From assembly GCA_001791795.1 (NCBI GenBank), contig MGFH01000157.1, positions 383 through 64,382 of the forward strand: a DNA stretch of 64,000 bases. Reading direction: 5' to 3'. Below, piece by piece: positions 43,480-53,384 of this stretch; position 1 is the stretch's first letter; the number at the start of each line of letters is the position of its first letter. A program made the translations under genes and the position numbers. The DNA is from Candidatus Wallbacteria bacterium GWC2_49_35 (GTDB lineage Bacteria > Muiribacteriota > UBA9980). The notes under the pieces were generated by a model. The model was not told the origin of the DNA and made no database searches. It saw only the letters and a program-made list of their open reading frames with translations.

Positions 43480-44430
43480 TTATTTCTGCATCAAGTCTTG
43501 CAATGTTTTAGAATTGTTATTATATAAGAGTTTGTAGCGGCTGAGTTCGGACGCGATCGTCTTCGTATCGCCCTTGGTTTTCTTAGCGGCTTCAAGCGCG
43601 GCCTCGAGCTGTTTTATATTTTCAGCATATTGTGCCACGGCCTTTTTCAGCGTGGCGATCTCGCGGTCGCGGGTGGCAGAATATTCTTTTGCGGCCCGTG
43701 CTTTCTTCTTTTTAGCTTCCAGATCTTCGTTTATCCTGCTTAAAAGGGTCAGAGCCTTGCCGTAATCGGGCCTTATCCTGATGCATTTTTTCAGCGTGTA
43801 GACGGCGTCGTTGACCTTGCCGTTGACTGCCTGTATCTCGGCGATATTGTAAAGACATTTGTAATTGCGCGGATTGACGCCCATCACCTGGGTATAATAG
43901 TCGAAAGCGTCGGCGTAATAATTACTTTCGTGAAAGATATAACCCGCGAAAAAAAGCGCATCTTCGAAATCGGGCCTCTGTTTGACGGCTTTTTTTAAAA
44001 GCTCGATGGCGCCGGATGAATCGCCCGATTTATAGAAAAGAACGGCCTGCTCGTAATCCATTTCAGCCTTGTCTTTAAAACTGCGTTCGGCGTAACTGTC
44101 GACGCGGTTTATGGGCAGCGCGAGGAGGTAGCGCTGGCGTGAAAGCCTGTGGCGAAGTTCGACCTGCATCGTGTCGATGGCGTAAACTTCGAGCGCGCCT
44201 ATGAAATCGCCCGTGAAGTATTCGAACTCGCGACCGGTGGATATGTTTTTGATTGCGGCCGAAAACGGTACTCCATTAACGTTTTCAACCTTCACCAGTT
44301 TGAGGTCGGCGGGGTCGAACTCGAGACGGTAATCGAAGGGCGAGCCGGAAGCGTGCGCCGGCGGGGCAGAAAATAAGATCAGCGTCAGCGTAAGAAAAAT
44401 AATAAAATGAAACGATAAAGACTTTTTCAT
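43480..44430 (-). CDS. secreted TPR-repeat protein with C-terminal coiled coil
   Basis: Signal peptide MKKSLSFHFIIFLTLTLILFSAPPAHA. TPR units: AVLFYKSGDSSGAIELLKKAVKQRPDFEDA, AGYIFHESNYYADAFDYYTQVMGVNPRN, NIAEIQAVNGKVNDAVYTLKKCIRIRPDY. The ORF-track start at 44520 adds 30 unlikely residues. Confidence 0.75.
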   Translation of the reverse strand: MKKSLSFHFIIFLTLTLILFSAPPAHASGSPFDYRLEFDPADLKLVKVENVNGVPFSAAIKNISTGREFEYFTGDFIGALEVYAIDTMQVELRHRLSRQRYLLALPINRVDSYAERSFKDKAEMDYEQAVLFYKSGDSSGAIELLKKAVKQRPDFEDALFFAGYIFHESNYYADAFDYYTQVMGVNPRNYKCLYNIAEIQAVNGKVNDAVYTLKKCIRIRPDYGKALTLLSRINEDLEAKKKKARAAKEYSATRDREIATLKKAVAQYAENIKQLEAALEAAKKTKGDTKTIASELSRYKLLYNNNSKTLQDLMQK

Positions 44431-44560
44431 ATTAGAATTACCATAATTACATATCAAATAAATCATGAAATTTAACGAATTCCGAAAATTTCGGCAAAAC
44501 TTATAGCGGAAACACCGCAAAAACGGGCGGCATAAATAAAACGCCGCCAGGCGCGGACTT

Positions 44561-44600
44561 AAAGGCGGGCGGAATTTTGAACTTCCGCCCGCTTTATTTA
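44561..44600 (-). terminator. GC-rich stem-loop, probable intrinsic terminator
   Basis: GCGGGCGGAA (44565-74), 8-nt loop, TTCCGCCCGC (44583-92). It lies 26 nt downstream of the minus-strand stop at 44618. The T-run is better on the plus side (TTTATTTA), so directionality is uncertain. Confidence 0.5.
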
Positions 44601-44617
44601 TGAATAACGCAGTTATG

Positions 44618-44905
44618 CTATACTTTTTCGATTATATAAGGCGCGAATTTTTCGCTCGATTCTTTTTTTACCTTGAAAGAAAGGCCCGTGAAGTTATCGT
44701 CGTTGTCTTTCTTCATTTCTTCGAATTTTTTAGCTATCGATAAAGCCTGTACGTAAAACTGATATTTAACGCCGTCGCCGGTGTTTTCGACGTCGACTAC
44801 CGGGGCGTAGCCCCTGTTGGTGAATACTACGTAGGGTTCAGAAATGACTTTCAAACTCGCGAAGTCCGTGGTGCACCTGAATGTTGGTAATTTTTCTTTT
44901 TCCAC
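44618..44905 (-). CDS. small hypothetical protein
   Basis: GTG start 9 nt after AAGGAGG. 95 aa, with no signal peptide and no recognisable motif. Confidence 0.6.
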   Translation of the reverse strand: MEKEKLPTFRCTTDFASLKVISEPYVVFTNRGYAPVVDVENTGDGVKYQFYVQALSIAKKFEEMKKDNDDNFTGLSFKVKKESSEKFAPYIIEKV

Positions 44906-44980
44906 TTTACTGTTCCTCCTTAAAAATTAGAAGTTATTGATTTACCGGCAAAATAACTTAATTTTGCATTTATTCCGATC

Positions 44981-46804
44981 TTATTTTAATAAACTTTCGA
45001 GTTCGTCGATCTTCGACGAAATGTAATCGAAGCCTTTCTGCCAGAATTTCTTGTCGCTGATGTCGATATCGACGTATTTAAGCATTGCTTCGGGCGAGAC
45101 GAACGAGCCGGAAGAAAGCAGTTTCAAGAATCCGTCTTTGAATTTCGGGCCTTTTTCGCAGTAGCTCTGATAGAGCGCGAGGACCAGCAGCAGGGCAAAG
45201 TTATAGCTATAGCAGTAGAACGGCGTGTGAAATATATGGGGAATGACGGACCACTCGGCGTGATAATCTTCGGTGATATTGACCGACTCGCCGAACATAA
45301 GTTTGAGTTCTTTCGCGTAGAGCGCGTTAAGATCGGCGGGGCCCAGGAGCTTTTCGGCGCTCTGAGCGTGCGCTTCGCGTTCGAAGCGGGTGAACATGTT
45401 CTGGCGGAAGGAAGTGGCGAAGTAATCTTCGAGCTTGCTCGTTAAAAGCGTCATCTTTTCTTCGCGCGTCTTTAATTTTTTGAGAAGATCGTCGGTGACG
45501 ACGCTTTCGGCGAATATCGAAGCGGTCTCGCATAGCGGCAGTATCGCGTGATAATTGAGTATAGTGTTTTTAGACGAAAGCACGGCGTGGATGGCATGGC
45601 CCAGTTCGTGGGCGAGCGTCATGACCTCGCGGAGGTTTCCTGTGAAATTCATCAGAACGTAAGGATGAAGGCCGGGAACCGAAGAAGAGCAGTAGGCGCC
45701 TGATTTTTTATTGGGCCCGATGCCGGCGTCTATCCATTTATTGTTAAAAAAATCGGAAGCGATCTTATAAAACGACGGATCGAAGTTCTTGAAACTGTCA
45801 AGCACTATGGCTTTCGCTTCGTTCCAGTCGAATTTCTTTGTTTTGGCGGCCACTGGAGCGTAAATATCGCACAGGCTTAATTTTTTCACCTTGAGCATTT
45901 TAGCTTTGATCTTGTAATAACGCTGAACCAGTGAGGAGTTTTTGGTAGTGACCTCGACGAGGGCGTCGATGACACGGTTATCGAGTTCGTTGGAAATATT
46001 GCGCGGCTCGTCGGCGCGTTTATAGCCGCGGAGTTTGTTTTCCTGTGCGTGGTCGCGCACTATCATGTTATATAATCCTGTTATCATGAGAAGGTTTTCG
46101 GAGTATTTACCGAAATATAGTTCGGCGGACTGCTTGCGCATTGCAGACGATTCGTGATAGCGCAGATTGCGCAGCTGGCTGCCGTTCATTTCGACGATCT
46201 TTCCATCGGGCATTTTGACTTTGAAGCGGAAGGAGGCGGTGAACTCGTCGTAAAGCTGAACCACGTAGTTTTTCGCGTTCAGGTTTTTGATGTTTATTAC
46301 CTGCTCTTCTTTTTCACTTAACTGGTAAGGCTTGAAAGCCCTTATAACTTCGAGCTGGTGGGCGTAATTAGCGAATTCTTTCGCGGCTGTAAGTTTTTTT
46401 ACCTTAGCGTCTTCGATCTCGCAGAGTTCGAGTCTGAAGAACAGGAGCTTGTTTTCCATGTCGGCGCATTTTTCTTCGCATGAGCTCAGAAGCGACTTCG
46501 CCGATGCCGAAGATGTGTCGAGAGAAAGATTTAAAAATGCGAACTGCATGAACCTGTTGATGAGCTCAAGGCAGGTTTCATACTCGGCGAACATCTTCGC
46601 GAAGTCGGCGGGTTTAGTTATTTTAGTTATCTTGCCGCTGTATCTGGCTTTGAATTCGTCGGCAAGTTTTATGCCTTTGGCGATATCGGCCTTTATTTTT
46701 TTGTCGTCCGCGCCCCTGTACAGGTCGGAAAGGTCCCACACTATGTTCTTAACGCTCTGTTCTATGGCTTTATCCGAAGAATTTACGCTGTTTTCTTTCT
46801 TCAT
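44981..46804 (-). CDS. pepF: oligoendopeptidase F (M3B metallopeptidase)
   Basis: The zinc motif HELGHAIH and the overall ~600-aa length are typical of PepF. Confidence 0.85.
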   Translation of the reverse strand: MKKENSVNSSDKAIEQSVKNIVWDLSDLYRGADDKKIKADIAKGIKLADEFKARYSGKITKITKPADFAKMFAEYETCLELINRFMQFAFLNLSLDTSSASAKSLLSSCEEKCADMENKLLFFRLELCEIEDAKVKKLTAAKEFANYAHQLEVIRAFKPYQLSEKEEQVINIKNLNAKNYVVQLYDEFTASFRFKVKMPDGKIVEMNGSQLRNLRYHESSAMRKQSAELYFGKYSENLLMITGLYNMIVRDHAQENKLRGYKRADEPRNISNELDNRVIDALVEVTTKNSSLVQRYYKIKAKMLKVKKLSLCDIYAPVAAKTKKFDWNEAKAIVLDSFKNFDPSFYKIASDFFNNKWIDAGIGPNKKSGAYCSSSVPGLHPYVLMNFTGNLREVMTLAHELGHAIHAVLSSKNTILNYHAILPLCETASIFAESVVTDDLLKKLKTREEKMTLLTSKLEDYFATSFRQNMFTRFEREAHAQSAEKLLGPADLNALYAKELKLMFGESVNITEDYHAEWSVIPHIFHTPFYCYSYNFALLLVLALYQSYCEKGPKFKDGFLKLLSSGSFVSPEAMLKYVDIDISDKKFWQKGFDYISSKIDELESLLK

Positions 46805-46920
46805 TTTTATCCCGCTTTCATAAAAAGTTTTACTTAATATACCATAAGTTTTTTCGTTTGTAAATATACAGTAGTAAAAAAATATAATTTATATTTATTT
46901 ATATATAACTGTTATATTTC

Positions 46921-46949
46921 TTGACAAATAACTCAAATTAATTTAAAAT
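46921..46949 (+). promoter_or_regulatory. sigma70-type promoter
   Basis: TTGACA (46921-26), 17-nt spacer, TAAAAT (46944-49). The first ATG is at 46958. Confidence 0.55.
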
Positions 46950-46957
46950 ATCTGCCC

Positions 46958-48100
46958 ATGAGCGCTAAAGTTATGAAGTTGTTCAGGACGCTGAACTACT
47001 GGTCCAGGCTCAAGATCATAGACAGGTATATCCTGAAAGAACTTCTGGGGCCGTACATATTCGGAATGCTCGGATTCATGGTCGTCATATCCATCGATCC
47101 CATGATCTACGCAATGAAAAATATTATCAACAGCTCCGAGCGCGGCGTGGAAGTTATTTCGGTGGTCAAGTGGTTCTGCTATTCGCTCGCTACCGACATG
47201 ATATTCACCTTTCCGATGGCGATGCTTTTAGCGACGCTGATAACTTTCGGCAGACTTTCGAAAGACTCTGAACTTACCGCGCTTAAGGCGGGCGGGTTCA
47301 GTTTTATGCGGCTGTGCTATCCGGTCATGGCCTTCGCCCTGGCCTCGACCCTCGCCGCTTTTCTATTCGGCGAGTTCGTCGTGCCGCACGCGGTCAAGCG
47401 GTCTCAAATGATCAAGCGGACGCAGATACTGAAACTGCTTCCCATTATGGGCCAGGAGAACATATATCTCAAAGATTCGCCCGACCGGACGGTCTACGTC
47501 GAGCGCGCCGATAATGTGAATAATATTTTGACCAATATAATAATATCCAATTACGACCATGATACTGGGCTTCTAAAAACGCGAGTCATGGCCAGAACTG
47601 CCCGCCATATCGACGGCGGCTGGGTGTTCAGCGACGGAACGCTCCACGATTTTGACAAAGACGGAAACGGCAATAAAATAGAGGAATTTTCGCAGAAGAA
47701 GATATTCATCAATCAGAAGCCCAACGATTTCAAGCGCGACGAGCAGACTCACCAGGAAATGTCGATGCGCGATCTCGCCAAAAAGATAAGATACGCCCAC
47801 GATCACGGACTCTCAGACGTGGTCGGCCTGCTGGTGGAGTTCTATCTTAAAACTTCGATACCTTTTTCCTGCTTTATCTTCGCGCTGATCGGAGCGGCGC
47901 TCGGCACTTCGAATACCCGCGCCGGCGGCTTTATCAGCTTCGGCATTTCAATGATAATCATTTTTGTTTATTACGTGATATTTTCCATAGCCCGCTCTTT
48001 CGGTAAAAACAGCATGCTTTCGCCGATAATGGCCGCCTGGATACAGAACCTGATATTCCTCGCCGCCGGAGTGCTTCTGATCAAGCGGGTCAGAAACTGA
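46958..48100 (+). CDS. LptF/LptG-family LPS export permease
   Basis: The IIDRYILKELLGPYIFGMLGF N-terminus and six hydrophobic segments with a large periplasmic loop fit the YjgP/YjgQ architecture. ATG at 46973 is an alternative start. Confidence 0.8.
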   Translation: MSAKVMKLFRTLNYWSRLKIIDRYILKELLGPYIFGMLGFMVVISIDPMIYAMKNIINSSERGVEVISVVKWFCYSLATDMIFTFPMAMLLATLITFGRLSKDSELTALKAGGFSFMRLCYPVMAFALASTLAAFLFGEFVVPHAVKRSQMIKRTQILKLLPIMGQENIYLKDSPDRTVYVERADNVNNILTNIIISNYDHDTGLLKTRVMARTARHIDGGWVFSDGTLHDFDKDGNGNKIEEFSQKKIFINQKPNDFKRDEQTHQEMSMRDLAKKIRYAHDHGLSDVVGLLVEFYLKTSIPFSCFIFALIGAALGTSNTRAGGFISFGISMIIIFVYYVIFSIARSFGKNSMLSPIMAAWIQNLIFLAAGVLLIKRVRN

Positions 48101-48155
48101 CACCGGAAAAGCAAAAACAAAAATCGAAAACAATGAAAAACGAAAACAATGCCGA

Positions 48156-48183
48156 TTGACAGGAAAAATAAATAATTTAAAAT
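48156..48183 (+). promoter_or_regulatory. sigma70-type promoter
   Basis: TTGACA (48156-61), 16-nt spacer, TAAAAT (48178-83). Confidence 0.5.
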
Positions 48184-48232
48184 CAATTTCGATAAAAATA
48201 AATCTAAAATAAAAATTTGGAGGGACGCTAAA

Positions 48233-49075
48233 ATGTCTGATTATCAGAAAAAAGTCAAAGAGGCGGCGGCTTATGTAAAAAAAATGATCACAAAGTCGGG
48301 TCTGAAGATCAAAACGGCTGTCATCCTGGGCTCCGGCTTGGGCGGGCTCGTCAATTCAGTTAAAGATAAACTCGAAATACCTTATGGCGAGATCCCGCAC
48401 TTCCCGGTTTCGACGGTCAAAGGGCACGGCGGAAAGCTCATACTCGGATCTCTCGACGGCCGCGGCGTGCTGGTAATGCAGGGAAGATTCCACTATTATG
48501 AAGGATATCACATGCGCGAGGTCACTTTTCCGGTAAGGGTGATGAGCGAGCTTAAAATAACCGATCTGGTCGTGACGAACGCGGCCGGCGGCATCAACCG
48601 CAATTTCAAGGTCGGCGACCTCATGATCATAAGCGATCACCTGAATTTATTCGGCACGAATCCCCTTATAGGTCCTAACGTCGAGGAATGGGGACCGCGC
48701 TTTCCCGATATGAGCGAGGCTTATTCGAAAAATATGATAGAGCTTTGCGAAAAGACCGCGTGCGAAGAGAAGATCCGCGTGGTAAAGGGCGTTTACGCCG
48801 GATTTACAGGCCCGTCGTATGAAACTCCCGCTGAAATAAGATACCTTAAGGCCATCGGCGCCGACGCCGTCGGAATGTCGACCGTACCCGAGGTCATAGT
48901 GGCAAGGCATGCCGGATTTAAAAACATACTCGGTATTTCATGCGTCACCAACACCGTCAACGGCGAAACGAAGATCGAGGCTACGCACGAAGAGGTCGTC
49001 GAGGCCGCAGCGGGCGCTTCCGAAAAATTCATCAGGCTCGTGCGCATGACGCTTAAAAACCAGAAGTCCCAATAA
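48233..49075 (+). CDS. purine nucleoside phosphorylase (trimeric PNP/PunA type)
   Basis: [37 protein letters not shown] and [12 protein letters not shown]. Confidence 0.85.
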   Translation: MSDYQKKVKEAAAYVKKMITKSGLKIKTAVILGSGLGGLVNSVKDKLEIPYGEIPHFPVSTVKGHGGKLILGSLDGRGVLVMQGRFHYYEGYHMREVTFPVRVMSELKITDLVVTNAAGGINRNFKVGDLMIISDHLNLFGTNPLIGPNVEEWGPRFPDMSEAYSKNMIELCEKTACEEKIRVVKGVYAGFTGPSYETPAEIRYLKAIGADAVGMSTVPEVIVARHAGFKNILGISCVTNTVNGETKIEATHEEVVEAAAGASEKFIRLVRMTLKNQKSQ

Positions 49076-49094
49076 TAGATATGGAGTGAGAGGC

Positions 49095-50171
49095 ATGTTC
49101 GAACTTTACAATAAACTCGAAGAAATCGAAAAAAAATATAACGAGCTTGAAAATCAGCTGGCCGACCCGGAAATAATCAAAAACCAGTCCGAGTTCACAA
49201 AGGTCTCCAGGACGCGTTCGGGTCTTGAAGAAACGGTCGCCTGCTTTCGCGAATACCAGAGGCTGCTCAAGGACATAAACGACAACGAGCGGCTGCTTGA
49301 AACCGAAAAGGATACTGACATTCTCGCCATGGCGGCCGAAGAGCTTCTTGCGCTCAAGGCAAAGACAGACGGATACGAAGACCGGCTGAAAATATTACTG
49401 CTTCCGCGCGATCCCAACGACGACAAGAACACTATAGTCGAAATACGCGCGGGTGCGGGCGGAGAAGAAGCATCGCTGTTCGCGGCGACGCTTTTCCGCA
49501 TGTACAGCCGTTACGCTGAAAACAGAGGCTGGAAGTGCGACGTTATCGACTCGCATTCCTCCGAAAAAGGCGGCATGAAAGAAATAATATTTTCGATAAC
49601 GGGCGAAAAGGTCTATTCGAAAATAAAATATGAAAGCGGCGTCCACCGCGTCCAGCGCGTTCCGATAACCGAGGCGTCCGGCCGCATACACACATCCACC
49701 GCTACGGTCGCGGTCCTTCCTGAGGCTGAAGAAGTTGATATAGCCATCAACGCGAACGATCTTCGCGTCGACACGTTCTGTTCGACAGGCCCCGGCGGCC
49801 AGTCGGTCAACACGACCTATTCGGCCATAAGGATAACGCACATACCGACCGGGCTTGTCGTGCAGTGCCAGGACGAAAAATCGCAGATAAAAAACAAGGC
49901 GAAGGCGATGAAGGTTTTGAGGACCAGGATGCTCGAGGCCGAGCAACAGAAGCAGAGCGATCAGATCGCGCAGGACCGCCGCTCGCAGGTCGGAACCGGC
50001 GACCGCTCCGAGCGCATCCGCACATATAACTATCCGCAGAACAGGATAACCGACCACCGCATCAACCTCACGCTGGGTAACCTCACGGGATTCCTTGACG
50101 GCGATATCGAAGAAATGCTTCAGGGCCTGACCGTTTACGATCAGACCGAAAAACTCAAAAAAATATCTTGA
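49095..50171 (+). CDS. prfA: peptide chain release factor 1
   Basis: GGQ motif ([12 protein letters not shown]); [26 protein letters not shown] has a PxT-type tripeptide. ATG at 49095 follows GAGAGG; the ORF-track GTG is at 49086. Confidence 0.9.
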   Translation: MFELYNKLEEIEKKYNELENQLADPEIIKNQSEFTKVSRTRSGLEETVACFREYQRLLKDINDNERLLETEKDTDILAMAAEELLALKAKTDGYEDRLKILLLPRDPNDDKNTIVEIRAGAGGEEASLFAATLFRMYSRYAENRGWKCDVIDSHSSEKGGMKEIIFSITGEKVYSKIKYESGVHRVQRVPITEASGRIHTSTATVAVLPEAEEVDIAINANDLRVDTFCSTGPGGQSVNTTYSAIRITHIPTGLVVQCQDEKSQIKNKAKAMKVLRTRMLEAEQQKQSDQIAQDRRSQVGTGDRSERIRTYNYPQNRITDHRINLTLGNLTGFLDGDIEEMLQGLTVYDQTEKLKKIS

Positions 50172-50189
50172 TAAAAGGCGCTGTAATTT

Positions 50190-51116
50190 ATGCGAAACGC
50201 CGAAGCCATGACGGCGCGCCGCCCGGCGGCGGAAGACATCAAATACTACGAGCTTTACGAACGGACGGCGGCCGGGTTGTCGGTGTCTAACGGCCTCAGC
50301 GGCCCGGCGGCGGCCGCGGAGGCACGGCTCATACTTGAAAAAGCCGCAGGACACGATTTTTCTAAAATAATGGGGTTGATGTGGCGCGAAACCGCCGGAT
50401 CCGAGGTTATAGAGATCGTCCGCGAAATAATGCAGAAGCGCGCCGCGTTTGAGCCCATCCAGTACATTCTGGGCGAGGCCGAATTTTACGGACTGAGGTT
50501 CTTCGTTACGAAAGATACCCTGATACCCCGCCACGACACCGAATGTGTGGCCGAGGCCGCCATAAAAAGCGCAGCCGGAATTTATTCGGCAAACGGCGGA
50601 AAACGCCCGGCCCGAATTTTAGACATAGGCACGGGCTCCGGCGCTATCGCCATAGCCGCGGCCGTAACGCTCGGGGAAAAAGCTTCGGTCACGGCCGTCG
50701 ATATAAGCCGCGGCGCGCTGGAATGCGCGAAAAAAAACGCGGAAGCCAACGGGGCCGGCGTCGTCGTCAGGTTCGTCGAATCAGACTTATTTGGCGCGCT
50801 CGATGAGGGCGAGAAATTCGACGTTATAGTGTCGAATCCGCCGTATATAAGCGAAAGTGAATACGCAACGCTCGCGCCGGAAGTGAAATTAGAGCCGAAA
50901 ACCGCTCTTACAGCCGATAATGACGGGTACGCATTCTACGAAAGCATCGCGCGCGAAGCGAAAAGTCATTTGGCGGACGGCGGCGTTCTTATTTTCGAGA
51001 TAGGCTGCGCTATGGCTTCAGGCGTTATAAAAACAGGCTTGGCAAATGGATTTATAAAACACGAAATGATATACGACATTGAATCAAGAGACAGGGGGAT
51101 TAAATTTTGGCGATAA
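50190..51116 (+). CDS. prmC: release-factor glutamine N5-methyltransferase
   Basis: EPIQYILGEAEFYG, ILDIGTGSGAIAI and the NPPY motif (VSNPPYI). Follows prfA. Confidence 0.85.
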   Translation: MRNAEAMTARRPAAEDIKYYELYERTAAGLSVSNGLSGPAAAAEARLILEKAAGHDFSKIMGLMWRETAGSEVIEIVREIMQKRAAFEPIQYILGEAEFYGLRFFVTKDTLIPRHDTECVAEAAIKSAAGIYSANGGKRPARILDIGTGSGAIAIAAAVTLGEKASVTAVDISRGALECAKKNAEANGAGVVVRFVESDLFGALDEGEKFDVIVSNPPYISESEYATLAPEVKLEPKTALTADNDGYAFYESIAREAKSHLADGGVLIFEIGCAMASGVIKTGLANGFIKHEMIYDIESRDRGIKFWR

Positions 51117-51745
51117 TTGTCAGTTACCCGATCCCGAATATCGCCGACATGCCGCTGCCTTCGATCACGAAAGAATCGCTGGTGATCTTTCCGACCGAAA
51201 CGGTCTATGGCATAGGCGCTTTCTTATCGAACGAAGAGGGAATCGAGAGCATCTATGAACTCAAGGGACGCGAAAATAAGCCGCTTTCGCTGCATGTCGC
51301 CAACCCCGCGGAGGTAGATAAATACGCCGAATACATCTCGCCGGTGGCCGAACGGGCCATGGCGTTATATTCGCCGGGACCGCTTCTCATGATCTTCACG
51401 GCGAAAAAGAACGTCAAACTGCCAGGCAGGCTTTTAATGAACGGTAAAATAGGCGTCCGTGTCTTTTCAAATTTCATAGGCGCATCGCTTATAAACATGG
51501 TCAACGAGCCCCTGGTCGCGACTTCCGCCAATCTTTCGGGCGGAACAAGCCCCCGGAATTTCTTCGAGGTGCCGGAAGAACTTATCGACGGCTGCGACTA
51601 CGCTTTCGACAACGGCCCCACGGTATACCAGAAAGACTCGAGCGTCATAGACTTCAGCTCGGGCGTTCCCGTTCTTCTGCGTGAAGGCGCAGTGCCTTAC
51701 GACGAACTTAAAAGCGTTCTATGCGCCGATATCAGGAGAGTTTAA
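51107..51745 (+). CDS. tsaC: threonylcarbamoyl-AMP synthase (TsaC/Sua5/YrdC family)
   Basis: VIFPTETVYGIGA, IYELKGRENKPLSLHV, ATSANLSG. The start is uncertain: TTG at 51107 or ATG at 51149. Confidence 0.8.
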   Translation: MAIIVSYPIPNIADMPLPSITKESLVIFPTETVYGIGAFLSNEEGIESIYELKGRENKPLSLHVANPAEVDKYAEYISPVAERAMALYSPGPLLMIFTAKKNVKLPGRLLMNGKIGVRVFSNFIGASLINMVNEPLVATSANLSGGTSPRNFFEVPEELIDGCDYAFDNGPTVYQKDSSVIDFSSGVPVLLREGAVPYDELKSVLCADIRRV

Positions 51746-51747
51746 CA

Positions 51748-53384
51748 TGAAAAATGAAAAGCGCCGTTATTTGATAAATTTTTCTACGCAGAGCCTCGCC
51801 TCGTCCGAAACCGATTTTTTGATCGTCGGTTCGGGCATAGCCGGCCTTCGAGCGGCCATAGGCCTTTCCGAGCACGGCCGCGTCAAGGTGCTCACCAAAG
51901 ACAAGACCGAAGAGTGCAACAGCTACCTCGCGCAGGGCGGCATCGCCGCCGCCATCGGTGAAAACGACAATATCAGGTACCATGTGGAAGATACACTTAA
52001 AACCGGCGTGGGATTGTGTTCCGAAGCTGCCGTGTCGCTGCTCGTCAAGGAGGGCCCGCGCCAGATCGCCGATTTTTTGAAGTTCGGCGCTAACTTCGAC
52101 ATGACGACCGACAACCGCATCGCCCTCACCCGCGAAGGCGCGCACACGCGCGACCGCATAGTCCATGCTCACGGAGACGCCATAGGTCTCGAGCTCGAGA
52201 TCACGCTCATAAAAAAGGCAAAAAGCCTTCCCAATATCCATTTCGCCGAAGGCATATACCTGGTCGACATTCTCACCGATGACAACTGCGCATGCGGCGC
52301 GATAGTTTTCGACCCGTCCATACAGAAATGCCGCGTGATATATTCCAAAGCGGTAATACTCGCTACCGGCGGCATAGGCTATTTATTCCAGAGCACGACC
52401 AATTCACATATCGCTACCGGCGACGGCGTGGCCATCGCGAGGCGCGCCGGAGCTGAAATAACCGATATGGAATTCATACAGTTCCATCCGACGACGCTTT
52501 ATCTCGACAACGCTCCGCGCTTTCTGATATCGGAGGCGGTAAGGGGCGAGGGCGCATATCTGCTCAACGCCAACGGCGAAAGGTTCATGACCGGGGTTCA
52601 CGAAATGGCCGACCTCGCGCCGCGTGACATCGTATCGCGCGAGATCCTCAAGCAGATCGATAAAACCTCGCATCCGTGCGTGTATTTAGATATAACCCAC
52701 CGCGATGCAGATTTCCTCAAGGCGCGCTTCCCTAAAATCTACTCAAACTGCTTAAGATACGGCATCGACATAACTACGACGCCCATTCCAGTCAAACCGT
52801 CCGCTCATTATATGATAGGCGGCATTAAAAGCGGCCTCGACGGCGAAACGAACGTCGACGGACTTTATGTCTGCGGCGAATCGGCGTGCACCTACGTACA
52901 CGGCGCGAACCGCCTGGCGTCGAACTCTCTTCTGGAATGCGTCGTGTTCGGCAACCGCGCCGCTAACGCCGCCGCCGCTTACGTTAAAGGCAAAACGGCA
53001 AAAAAAATAAGCGCCGGCTGCGACTACAAATTTTATAAGGAACCCAAAGGGTTTTCGATCAAGATACATGGCGAACGCATTATTAACGAGATCCGCAGAT
53101 GTTCATGGGAAAACCTCGGCATAGTAAGGTGCGCGGAAGGCTTCAGCGCGGTCGAGCGTTTCGTCGAAAAGTACGACTTTATAAAACGCCTCGAATTGAG
53201 TACGCTGCGCTCGTTCTCTCTGGCTAACATGCTCGACGTCGTCGAGGTAATAAACAGGTTCTGCCTCGAGCGGAAGGAATCGCGCGGCACCCACTTTAGA
53301 AGCGACTACCCGGCCGTCGACGACGCTGATTTCAAATTCCATCTGGTTGAAAAGAACGGGAAATTAAGCCGGTTGAAGGTATAA
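51748..53384 (+). CDS. nadB: L-aspartate oxidase
   Basis: FAD motif FLIVGSGIAGL, AQGGIAA, FIQFHPT, HYMIGGI, GANRLASNSL. The ORF-track start at 51681 overlaps tsaC. Confidence 0.9.

Noticed and set aside
48101-48155. A-rich segment with a direct repeat CGAAAACAATG x2 downstream of lptF/G
   Set aside because: This is low-complexity A-rich sequence. The repeat is short and I could not establish a consistent period or relate it to the heptamer family.
49395-50534. 379-aa minus-strand ORF
   Set aside because: It is antisense to prfA (GGQ motif) and prmC (NPPY), which are unambiguous. The product is Arg/Ala-rich with no recognisable domain.
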